NCBI RefSeq assembly: GCF_044376915.1 | Contig: NZ_JBILKB010000001.1 | Span: 1-48,900 of the forward strand | Source: Flavobacterium sp. | GTDB lineage: Bacteria > Bacteroidota > Bacteroidia > Flavobacteriales > Flavobacteriaceae | Direction: 5' to 3' | DNA length: 48,900 nucleotides | Shown here: positions 20,351-28,355 of the stretch, piece after piece | How the letters are laid out: every line of letters starts with the position of its first letter | Position numbering within the stretch: the first letter of the stretch is position 1 | Made by a program: the position numbers and the translations under genes | Notes under the pieces: model-generated | Told to the model about the DNA's origin: nothing | What the model saw: the letters and a program-made list of their open reading frames with translations, nothing else | Database searches by the model: none

Positions 20351-21502
20351 ATGCTTTTTAAGGATATTTTAGGTCAAGTTCACATAAAAAACCACCTCAC
20401 TAAAAGTGCTGAGGCCGGTAGGATTCCGCACGCTCAATTGTTTGTGGGCCCAGAAGGCTCCGGAACACTTCCCATGGCTATTGCCTATGCGCAATATTTG
20501 TTGTGTGGTAATGTGGGTGGCGAAAATGCAGGTGAAAACACCGCTTGTAACCTAAAATTTGAACATTTTTCGCATCCCGATTTGCATTTTGTGTTTCCTG
20601 TTGCCACTACTGATGGGATAAAAAGTCATCCTGTTAGTGATCATTTTATGGTCGAATGGCGCCAATTTTTATCGGAATCGCCGTATGGAAGTTTGTTTGA
20701 TTGGTTGCGCAATTTGGGCATTCAAAACAAACAAGGGTTAATCAGTGTGGATGAAGCCACCGATATCAATAAAAAATTAGCCTTAAAAGCCTATGAAGGC
20801 GGATATAAAGTAATGATCATTTGGATGGCCGATAAAATGAACGGACCCTCCGCTAATAAATTATTAAAATTATTAGAAGAACCTCCTGCGAAGACCGTGT
20901 TTATACTCATTACCGAGAATATTGGAGATTTGTTACAAACCATAGTATCGCGTTGCCAAGTAATCGATTTTATGGGTTTAAGCGAAAGCGTTATTGCAGA
21001 ATCATTGGTTTCACGTGAAAATTGCGACCCCATACAAGCAAAAAAAATTGCGCACCAAAGCGAAGGCAATTACAACAAAGCACTGCATATTTTTCGAAAG
21101 GAAAACGATGAATTTCCGTTTGATGAATGGTTTGTAGAGTGGGTTAGAAGTGCCTTTAGGGCCAAAGGAAATGCCGCGGCAATAAACGATTTAATTGCCT
21201 GGAGTGAAAAAATAGCTGCCACGGGAAGAGAAACGCAAAAACAATTTTTACACTATTGCATTCATTTTTTCAGGCAAGCTTTGTTGCTTAATTATCAAGC
21301 CAACGAATTAGTATTCATGGAAACAAACGTACCCAAATTTGAATTGGAAAAATTTGCTCCGTTTGTAAATGGTGCAAATATTACTGATATTTACAAAGAA
21401 TTGGAAGAGGCTATTTACCACATTGAACGCAATGGAAATAGTAAAATCATCCTAACCGACTTATCTATAAAACTCACTCGTTTAATTCATAAAAACACTT
21501 AA
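20351..21502 (+). CDS. holB: DNA polymerase III subunit delta'
   Basis: HAQLFVGPEG, HPDLHF, ANKLLKLLEEPP, TIVSRC. Confidence 0.92.
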   Translation: MLFKDILGQVHIKNHLTKSAEAGRIPHAQLFVGPEGSGTLPMAIAYAQYLLCGNVGGENAGENTACNLKFEHFSHPDLHFVFPVATTDGIKSHPVSDHFMVEWRQFLSESPYGSLFDWLRNLGIQNKQGLISVDEATDINKKLALKAYEGGYKVMIIWMADKMNGPSANKLLKLLEEPPAKTVFILITENIGDLLQTIVSRCQVIDFMGLSESVIAESLVSRENCDPIQAKKIAHQSEGNYNKALHIFRKENDEFPFDEWFVEWVRSAFRAKGNAAAINDLIAWSEKIAATGRETQKQFLHYCIHFFRQALLLNYQANELVFMETNVPKFELEKFAPFVNGANITDIYKELEEAIYHIERNGNSKIILTDLSIKLTRLIHKNT

Positions 21503-21504
21503 TT

Positions 21505-21894
21505 ATGACAGAAGCAGCTCCTATCTTAGTTCTCGCCCTATTGGCAATTACTTTTTTACAATCTGGATACGATAAAATTAAAGATTGGAAAGGTAATGTG
21601 GCCTGGTTAACCGATCATTTTGTAGCAACCATATTGGCAAAACAAGTGCCTTTAGCATTGATGATTGTGCTCGTTTTGGAAATCGTTGCTGGTGTATTGT
21701 GTGTATCGGGTATTTTACAACTATTTGTACAACAACACGTTACCAATGGTTTGGGGTTTTATGGTGCAATTGTCTCATGTATTACGCTGTTGTTTTTGCT
21801 TTTTGGACAACGCTTGGCAAAAGATTACGATGGCGCTCGAACCATAGTAATTTACTTTATTCCTGCGGTTTTAGCTGTTTTCTTGTTGGGTTAA
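21505..21894 (+). CDS. DoxX-like membrane protein
   Basis: Four hydrophobic segments; FLQSGYDK and FGQRLAKDY motifs. Confidence 0.75.
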   Translation: MTEAAPILVLALLAITFLQSGYDKIKDWKGNVAWLTDHFVATILAKQVPLALMIVLVLEIVAGVLCVSGILQLFVQQHVTNGLGFYGAIVSCITLLFLLFGQRLAKDYDGARTIVIYFIPAVLAVFLLG

Positions 21895-24164
21895 CGTCCC
21901 AAACTCGCTTTATATAATCGCAATTCGTCCCAAGAGAACTTGTCTCCGTGAATTTCTTTCAATTCGCCCAAACTTTCGCCTTTAAAATCATTGAAAGCGA
22001 GTTTTAAATCAGAGATTTTGTCTTCTAGTAACAAATCGGAAAGTTGTACCCTTTCCATTTGAATCAATTTAGCAAAATGATTATAAATGGTTTGCGGTGT
22101 CAATTTTCGTTGCTTGGCAATAGCATAGAGGGATAACTTTTGGTTCCACAACAGCAGCGTTTCTTCTATAGTTGATGTCTTGGGTTCCTTCGTTTTTTTA
22201 TTCTTGGGTTCAGCATAATAGCCCTCCTCTTCTTGGTCAGCCAATGCGGCAAATTGACTTCTAAATCGTTCGGCAACCACAACGAGCTTATTTATTTTAT
22301 AAGTATTGCTATCGTCTTGTTTGATGCTTTTTTTTGAAATTTCTTTCCCTTCAACAAAACAATCGGTTAATGCTTTAGCTTTTTTAAGTTGCAATATGGC
22401 TTTGATTTGAAGTTCTTCCAGTGCTGATAATTCGTCGTATAAGGCCTTAACTTTTTTGAGTCGTTTTACTTCTTCTATTTTTAATAATATGGCTTCTGCG
22501 AGTTGATCCAGTGCTTTGAAAAAGTACTGGTATGCCGCGTCGCATCGTTCCTTCACAAATTGGGTGTCTAGTTCGTGTTGGTGAAATATTTTTTGCAATT
22601 GCGAAACAAACTTTTCCGAAGGCTGCAATAAAGCGGTCAGCTGTTCGTGCTGGGTTTTAGCCCAATCATAATGTTTGGCTTTAGGCGACTTAGGGGCTTC
22701 TGAATTATAACTGTACAAATGATTGCGCCATTCTTGTCCCAATGCTTTAAAATCAAACGAATATGATAATGTGGTGAGCCAATAGGTTTTGGTTTCTTTC
22801 ACCAGCGCGAGTTGTAGTCCTTCAGTGGTTGCTTTAGTTGCGGCATATTGTAGCACCGTTTCATCACTTGAAATGCCATTCATTTGCAACGGAGACAACA
22901 GCACCAGTCCGTTTAACGATCGCAAACGAGATAAAGCCACATACGCTTGACCGGGCGCAAAAACCTGTGAAACATCAATTGCGGCTTTTTCAAAAGTTAA
23001 TCCTTGACTTTTATGAACGGTGATGGCCCAAGCTAACTTTATGGGATATTGCACAAAAGTTCCGATGACTTCCTCTTCAATTTCTTTGGTGTTTTCGTTG
23101 ACTTTATATCTAATATTTTGCCATTCATAACGCTCCACTTCAATGGTTTTGTTTTCTTCGGGGAAATGGACAAAAATCTCGTTTTCGGTTAGCGATTTTA
23201 CCACGCCCATTTTTCCGTTGAAATAGTTTTTTTCAAAACTCAAATCGTTTTTAATAAACATAACTTGCGCCCCAACTTTTACTTGAAGTTTATCGTCTAA
23301 TGGGAATATTTTTTCGGGAAAATCGGCTGTAATTTCAGGTAAAAAAGTGAAGGTTTTCCCTTTCAAATCTTGAAGCGATTGCGCGTTTATCGCATCAGCT
23401 TTTGCGTTGTGAGTCGTCAAAATAATAAACCCCGGATGGTGCTTTAAATCGAAATTGGGCTGTACAAATTGATTTAACGTCTTGATATCGGAAGCCTTAA
23501 TGGCATTGTATCGCAAATTGTTTAATACCGCAATAAATTCAGGGTCGGATTGCCTAAAAATTTTATCCAACTCAATATACAATGGTGGGTGTTGTTGCAA
23601 GATGTGCGAATGAAAAAAAAACATGCCGCGATAATACTTTTTTAATACTTCCCATTCTTCATTTTTTACTACTGGTGGCAGTTGTAGTAAATCGCCAATA
23701 AAAAGCGCTTGAACGCCTCCAAAAGGCCTTTCATTTCTTCTTACTTTGCGCAACATAAAATCTATAGCGTCTAAAATATCGGCGCGCAGCATCGACACCT
23801 CATCAACAATGAGTAATTCCATGTTTTGAAGGACCGATCGCTTGGTGGCATTCATTTTAAAATGTCTGGCTAACGTGTCGCGATTTTCAAATTTTACAAA
23901 ATTGGAGAAGTGGGAAAGGGGCAGGTCATTTGGAATAAAAGCTGCAAAAGGCAATTGAAAAAGGGAGTGAATGGTTACTCCGTTTGCATTCAAAGCGGCA
24001 ATTCCAGTGGGCGCTACAACAACAGTATTCTTGTGTGTCGTAGCAATAATTTCTTTTAAGAGCGTTGTTTTTCCAGTTCCAGCTTTACCTGTAAGAAAAA
24101 GAGATCTGTTGGTCTGATTAATAAACTGAAGGGTGTATTGAGCGGCGGCTGATAGTGATTCCAT
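21891..24164 (-). CDS. Pif1/RecD-like SF1B helicase with C-terminal HTH
   Basis: TGKAGTGKT, APTGIAA, VDEVSM, GDLLQLPPV, LAWAITVHKSQG, GQAYVALSR; C-terminal IAKQRKLTPQTIYNH; ATG at 24164. Confidence 0.9.
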   Translation of the reverse strand: MESLSAAAQYTLQFINQTNRSLFLTGKAGTGKTTLLKEIIATTHKNTVVVAPTGIAALNANGVTIHSLFQLPFAAFIPNDLPLSHFSNFVKFENRDTLARHFKMNATKRSVLQNMELLIVDEVSMLRADILDAIDFMLRKVRRNERPFGGVQALFIGDLLQLPPVVKNEEWEVLKKYYRGMFFFHSHILQQHPPLYIELDKIFRQSDPEFIAVLNNLRYNAIKASDIKTLNQFVQPNFDLKHHPGFIILTTHNAKADAINAQSLQDLKGKTFTFLPEITADFPEKIFPLDDKLQVKVGAQVMFIKNDLSFEKNYFNGKMGVVKSLTENEIFVHFPEENKTIEVERYEWQNIRYKVNENTKEIEEEVIGTFVQYPIKLAWAITVHKSQGLTFEKAAIDVSQVFAPGQAYVALSRLRSLNGLVLLSPLQMNGISSDETVLQYAATKATTEGLQLALVKETKTYWLTTLSYSFDFKALGQEWRNHLYSYNSEAPKSPKAKHYDWAKTQHEQLTALLQPSEKFVSQLQKIFHQHELDTQFVKERCDAAYQYFFKALDQLAEAILLKIEEVKRLKKVKALYDELSALEELQIKAILQLKKAKALTDCFVEGKEISKKSIKQDDSNTYKINKLVVVAERFRSQFAALADQEEEGYYAEPKNKKTKEPKTSTIEETLLLWNQKLSLYAIAKQRKLTPQTIYNHFAKLIQMERVQLSDLLLEDKISDLKLAFNDFKGESLGELKEIHGDKFSWDELRLYKASLGR

Positions 24165-24208
24165 ATGGCGTAAAATTATAAAACAAATATAGAGAAAGCT
24201 CAAGAAAT

Positions 24209-24238
24209 AAAAAAGTCCTGAAGGATCAGGACTTTTTT
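24209..24238. terminator. Intrinsic terminator after ompH
   Basis: AAAAAAGTCCTGA-AGGA-TCAGGACTTTTTT. Confidence 0.88.
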
Positions 24239-24239
24239 A

Positions 24240-24806
24240 TTATTTTTTCTCAACAACTTTTTCTTCTTTTTTATCGGAAGCTTTGTATTTGTCATTCAAC
24301 TCTTTTAACACTTCTTCTGTGATGTTGAAAGTGTCTTTAGAGTATAAGATAGTGGCGGCATCTCCCGTTCCGTAGATATAATCATATCCCTTCTTTTTTC
24401 CGTACTCTTTAATAAATACTTTTACTTCTTTAATAATAGAATCTCTTAACACACTACCTTCCTCTTGTAATTGTTGTAACAAAGCGTTTTGCTCAACACC
24501 AAGTTGTTGTTCTCTTTGTGAAAGTTCAGCACCTTTTTGTTGTGCCCATTGTGGCCCTTTAACTTGTGCATTTTGCTGAAAGCTTTGTGCTTCCATTTGG
24601 AAAGCTTTTACTTTAGCTTCTAATGGACGTCCCATTTCTTCAGACTTCACCTTGAACTTTTCATCTTCCGCTTTAAATTTCTCGTATTTTTCTAAAATTT
24701 CTGCGGTATCAATATATGCTGTTTTTAGACTTGCTGATTTTCCTTCATTTTTATTACAAGCAAATAAACTTGCTAAAAGGGCTACAATTAAAATGACTTT
24801 TTTCAT
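24240..24806 (-). CDS. ompH: OmpH/Skp family chaperone, probable lipoprotein
   Basis: ATG at 24806; lipobox LFAC; AYIDT start, coiled coil, GYDYIY and NITEEV end. Confidence 0.88.
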   Translation of the reverse strand: MKKVILIVALLASLFACNKNEGKSASLKTAYIDTAEILEKYEKFKAEDEKFKVKSEEMGRPLEAKVKAFQMEAQSFQQNAQVKGPQWAQQKGAELSQREQQLGVEQNALLQQLQEEGSVLRDSIIKEVKVFIKEYGKKKGYDYIYGTGDAATILYSKDTFNITEEVLKELNDKYKASDKKEEKVVEKK

Positions 24807-25043
24807 TGGTTGTAAATGTTTTTTAAATTTTTGTAAAAGTAATAATAAGTTATCAAGTTGCAAATTTGTAGCTTTTTTATTTTTGTTTTTAAACATAAGC
24901 ATTTCTTATGGCAATAAAAATGACAATAGTTTTGTGTTATAAAAAACGGTTGCTATAAATGTTTTTTAACACAAAAACTAAAACAAAACAACTCTGTCGT
25001 TGCCTTGGTGTTAAAAATCGCTTAAATCGCTTAAAAACGCGTT

Positions 25044-25892
25044 TTATTTGTTTTTTAAGATGTAAATGTGTGAAGAAAACTCTTTTTTAAATAATCCAAC
25101 CAGATTTGAAATACATCCAATACTACATCCGCGAATAAAGTTCATTTTACCCGTTTTGTACTTTTCGGATAATAAAGAAACATAAAAGCTATCAAACCAC
25201 ATTGGTTTCACCTCTAACAGATTCATGTTTTGATGATCAAACAATTTTTCAATTGCTGTTTTAGAAAAATGCCACAAATGGCGAGGTACATCATATGCTG
25301 CCCAAAACGTCTTATAATAGTTGGCATCAAAAGATTTAAAATTTGGCACTGCAATGATAAGTGTGCCAGAGGGTTTGAGCAAGCGCTTCAATTCGGCTGC
25401 TTGATGAGCTACATCAGGCACGTGCTCCAATACATGCCAAAGGGTGATGACATCAAAAGAATTGCTTTCTAGCTTTTCTATGGCATCGGCAAATTCTACG
25501 CCTTTACCAACGGCAATGGCTTTGGCTTTTTCATTGGGTTCAATTCCTACAATTTCCCAATTTTGTTTTTTTGCTTCCATTAGAAAATCTCCTGTACCTG
25601 CACCAATGTCCAAAAGCTTTCCTTTTAGCGGTTGATACGATCCAATCAATCGCACTTTGTTTTTTATAGCGCTTCGTTTTATAAAATGATATGTTTTTTC
25701 AAAAAGGGTTCGTTTTCCGTCGGTGTGGGAAATATAGTCTTCAAACTCATAATACACGCCCAATCGATCTAAAGTAGGCTGGGGGTGTGTTTTTAACAAT
25801 TGGTATTCTTCGTTGATTAATAATGAAAAGGATTCTCCAGAGACTGAAAAATCTTTAACGGTACTATAATAATGGTCTTCTGAAAATTTCAT
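25044..25892 (-). CDS. Class I SAM-dependent methyltransferase
   Basis: LLDIGAGTG, FDVITLWHVLEH, LKPSG, PRHLWHF. Confidence 0.9.
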   Translation of the reverse strand: MKFSEDHYYSTVKDFSVSGESFSLLINEEYQLLKTHPQPTLDRLGVYYEFEDYISHTDGKRTLFEKTYHFIKRSAIKNKVRLIGSYQPLKGKLLDIGAGTGDFLMEAKKQNWEIVGIEPNEKAKAIAVGKGVEFADAIEKLESNSFDVITLWHVLEHVPDVAHQAAELKRLLKPSGTLIIAVPNFKSFDANYYKTFWAAYDVPRHLWHFSKTAIEKLFDHQNMNLLEVKPMWFDSFYVSLLSEKYKTGKMNFIRGCSIGCISNLVGLFKKEFSSHIYILKNK

Positions 25893-25935
25893 GTTTTTTT
25901 AATCAAATGTCAATTTTAATAGTGTTTAGCATTGT

Positions 25936-25951
25936 TGTTTCACGTGAAACA
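25936..25951. other. parS centromere site (perfect consensus)
   Basis: TGTTTCACGTGAAACA, a perfect 16-bp palindrome, intergenic. Confidence 0.92.
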
Positions 25952-26015
25952 TGTTAAGATAAAGATTTATGAAGTACCTATTAAGGTATAACGGGTATTC
26001 AAACTTACTGCCATC

Positions 26016-27887
26016 TTATCTTCCCATGTATATCAGCAACACTGAAATATCACTCGGCGAAACACCACTTATGCGTGACGCTTGAGCAATGGTCCTAGGA
26101 CGAATTTTATTTAATTTTTGTTTGGCTTCTATAGAAATAGATTGAATCTTGTCGAAATTAAAATTATCTGGAATAATCATGTCTTCCAAACGGGTTAATT
26201 TATCCGCATTGTTTTTTTCTTTTTCGATATAACCCGAATATTTAACTTGTATTTCGGCTTGCTCCACCACTTCTTGATCCAAATTGTGTTCGTCAATATA
26301 AGCCGCAACTTTATTAAACTTTCTAAAGTCTTCCAAATCCAATTGAGGACGAGAAAACACTTTAAACATTTTGTCGGGCTGACTCATTGGAGCAGAACCT
26401 TTCGCTTCTAATATGGGATTTGCTTCTTCTGGTTTTATACTGGTCTCTTTAAAAAAATTAACCATTGCCTCCGACTGAGAAAATTTTTGTTCCATTCGAA
26501 TCAAGCGGTTTTCTTTTGCCAATCCAATTTCAAATGATTTAGGTGTCAATCGATAATCTGCATTGTCTTGACGTAATAACGTGCGGTACTCGGCGCGCGA
26601 GGTAAACATTCTGTAAGGCTCTTCAGTTCCTTTTGTAATTAAATCGTCGATCAAAACACCAATATAAGCTTCGTCTCTTTTAAGAATAAAAGGTTCGCGT
26701 TGCTGTACTTTTAAAGCAGCATTTATTCCCGCCATTAATCCTTGAGAAGCCGCTTCTTCATATCCAGTAGTGCCGTTTATTTGCCCGGCAAAATACAATC
26801 CCTCAACTAATTTCGTCTCTAAGGTGTGATGCAACTGCGTAGGAGGGAAGTAATCGTATTCAATAGCATAACCTGGCCTAAAGAACTTTACATTTTCAAA
26901 ACCCGCCACCGATCTTAACGCTTTAAACTGAATGTCTTCTGGTAAAGATGTGGAAAATCCGTTAATGTAATATTCACAGGTAGTCCAACCCTCTGGCTCT
27001 ATAAACAATTGATGACGTTCTTTGTCTGCAAAGCGATTAATTTTGTCTTCGATAGAAGGACAATATCGTGGGCCTAAGCTTTTAATTCTCCCATTAAACA
27101 TAGGACTTCTGTCAAAACCTTCACGCAAAATATCATGAACCTCTAGAGAGGTATAAGACATCCAACAAGAGCGCTGAGTTTTCAAAGGCGCTGTAAGATT
27201 GGTATAAGAAAACTTTTCCGGCATATCATCACCCGGCTGTTCTACCATTTTAGAAAAATCTAAAGATCTGCCATCAACTCTTGGAGGCGTACCCGTTTTC
27301 ATTCTCCCCGACTCAAATCCTAATTTAACCAAATCTTCCGTAATACCAAAAGAAGCGCTTTCTCCAGCACGACCACCACCAAATTGTTTTTCTCCAATAT
27401 GAATTAATCCGTTGAGAAAAGTGCCATTGGTTAATACCACTGATTTGGCTTTTATAGAAACCCCTAAAGATGTTTTTACACCGGTAATTTTACCATTATC
27501 CGAAAGCAAACCCGCAACCATTTCTTGATAAAAATCAAGGTTTGGAGTGTTCTCAAGCATGGTTCTCCACTCGTCAGAAAAACGCATTCTATCCGATTGT
27601 ACACGAGGTGACCACATAGCGGGGCCCTTCGATTTGTTTAGCATTTTAAATTGAATGGCTGTTTTATCCGATACAATACCTGAATAACCCCCTAGAGCAT
27701 CGATTTCTCGGACAATTTGTCCTTTAGCAATACCGCCCATAGCTGGATTGCAAGACATCTGAGCAATATTTTGCAGGTTCATGGTTACCAATAAGGTAGA
27801 ACAACCCATATTAGCAGCAGCAGCAGCAGCCTCACAACCAGCATGACCCGCACCGACAACAATTACATCATATTCGTTTAAAAACAT
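26016..27887 (-). CDS. mnmG: tRNA U34 modification enzyme MnmG (GidA)
   Basis: GAGHAGCEAA, MSCNPAMGG, KTGTPPR, GPRYCPSIE, AGQINGTTGYEEAA. Confidence 0.98.
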   Translation of the reverse strand: MFLNEYDVIVVGAGHAGCEAAAAAANMGCSTLLVTMNLQNIAQMSCNPAMGGIAKGQIVREIDALGGYSGIVSDKTAIQFKMLNKSKGPAMWSPRVQSDRMRFSDEWRTMLENTPNLDFYQEMVAGLLSDNGKITGVKTSLGVSIKAKSVVLTNGTFLNGLIHIGEKQFGGGRAGESASFGITEDLVKLGFESGRMKTGTPPRVDGRSLDFSKMVEQPGDDMPEKFSYTNLTAPLKTQRSCWMSYTSLEVHDILREGFDRSPMFNGRIKSLGPRYCPSIEDKINRFADKERHQLFIEPEGWTTCEYYINGFSTSLPEDIQFKALRSVAGFENVKFFRPGYAIEYDYFPPTQLHHTLETKLVEGLYFAGQINGTTGYEEAASQGLMAGINAALKVQQREPFILKRDEAYIGVLIDDLITKGTEEPYRMFTSRAEYRTLLRQDNADYRLTPKSFEIGLAKENRLIRMEQKFSQSEAMVNFFKETSIKPEEANPILEAKGSAPMSQPDKMFKVFSRPQLDLEDFRKFNKVAAYIDEHNLDQEVVEQAEIQVKYSGYIEKEKNNADKLTRLEDMIIPDNFNFDKIQSISIEAKQKLNKIRPRTIAQASRISGVSPSDISVLLIYMGR

Positions 27888-27902
27888 TTTATCCTAATTT
27901 TA

Positions 27903-27918
27903 TGTTCCACGTGAAACA
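27903..27918. other. parS site
   Basis: TGTTCCACGTGAAACA, 15 bp upstream of the mnmG start. Confidence 0.9.
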
Positions 27919-27935
27919 AGCATCACGCGGGATTG

Positions 27936-28355
27936 TTACTGTTCCACGTGAAACATTTTGATTTTTTCATCCTCTTTATTACGCATGATCGCTTCTTGTT
28001 CTGGAGATTTGTCTTTATAGCCGCAATAATGAAGAACCCCGTGCGACAACACCCTCTTTATTTCCTCGTCAAACGAAACCTTAAAATCTTTGGCGTTATC
28101 TATTACGCGTTCCACCGAAACGAAAATATCGCCTTGTAATAAATTTCCTACAGTATAATCAAAACTAATGATGTCCGTTAAAGTGTCATGATTCAAATAT
28201 TCCAAATTGATTTTATGTAAATAGGCATCGTCACAAAAGATATAATTTATCTCTCCCTCCTCAAATCCTTCCGATGCAATAATGCGAGAAATCCAATCTT
28301 CAAATGCGGATTCGTTCTCTAAAACAAATTGGGTCTCGTAATTAAAACTGATCAT
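27936..28355 (-). CDS. ybeY: rRNA maturation endoribonuclease YbeY
   Basis: TDIISF, GDIFVS, HGVLHYCGYKD. Confidence 0.93.
   Translation of the reverse strand: MISFNYETQFVLENESAFEDWISRIIASEGFEEGEINYIFCDDAYLHKINLEYLNHDTLTDIISFDYTVGNLLQGDIFVSVERVIDNAKDFKVSFDEEIKRVLSHGVLHYCGYKDKSPEQEAIMRNKEDEKIKMFHVEQ
27940..27955. other. parS site within the 3' end of ybeY
   Basis: TGTTCCACGTGAAACA; encodes the terminal MFHVEQ on the minus strand. Confidence 0.9.

Noticed and set aside
21007-21022. parS-like GGTTTCACGTGAAAAT inside holB
   Set aside because: 13/16 match with damaged outer bases, explicable by the VSREN coding sequence; not called without ChIP data. Weaker look-alikes in rnpA, mltD and gltX were also dismissed.
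24807-24902. N-terminal extension of ompH in the ORF track (likewise pgk, gltX, helicase, sufE, sufT, DUF2480)
   Set aside because: Longest-ORF artefacts; downstream ATGs give proper signal peptides or family N-termini, and some extensions overlap promoter motifs.
25015-25032. AAATCGCTT x2 after the methyltransferase stop
   Set aside because: Only two copies, no spacers; not CRISPR-like.
27813-27830. (AGC)6 microsatellite in mnmG
   Set aside because: In-frame poly-Ala of the FAD-binding helix; slippage would not frameshift.
27933-28139. Plus-strand 68-aa ORF starting MLLFHVKH
   Set aside because: Antisense to ybeY; FHVKH is just the parS palindrome translated.
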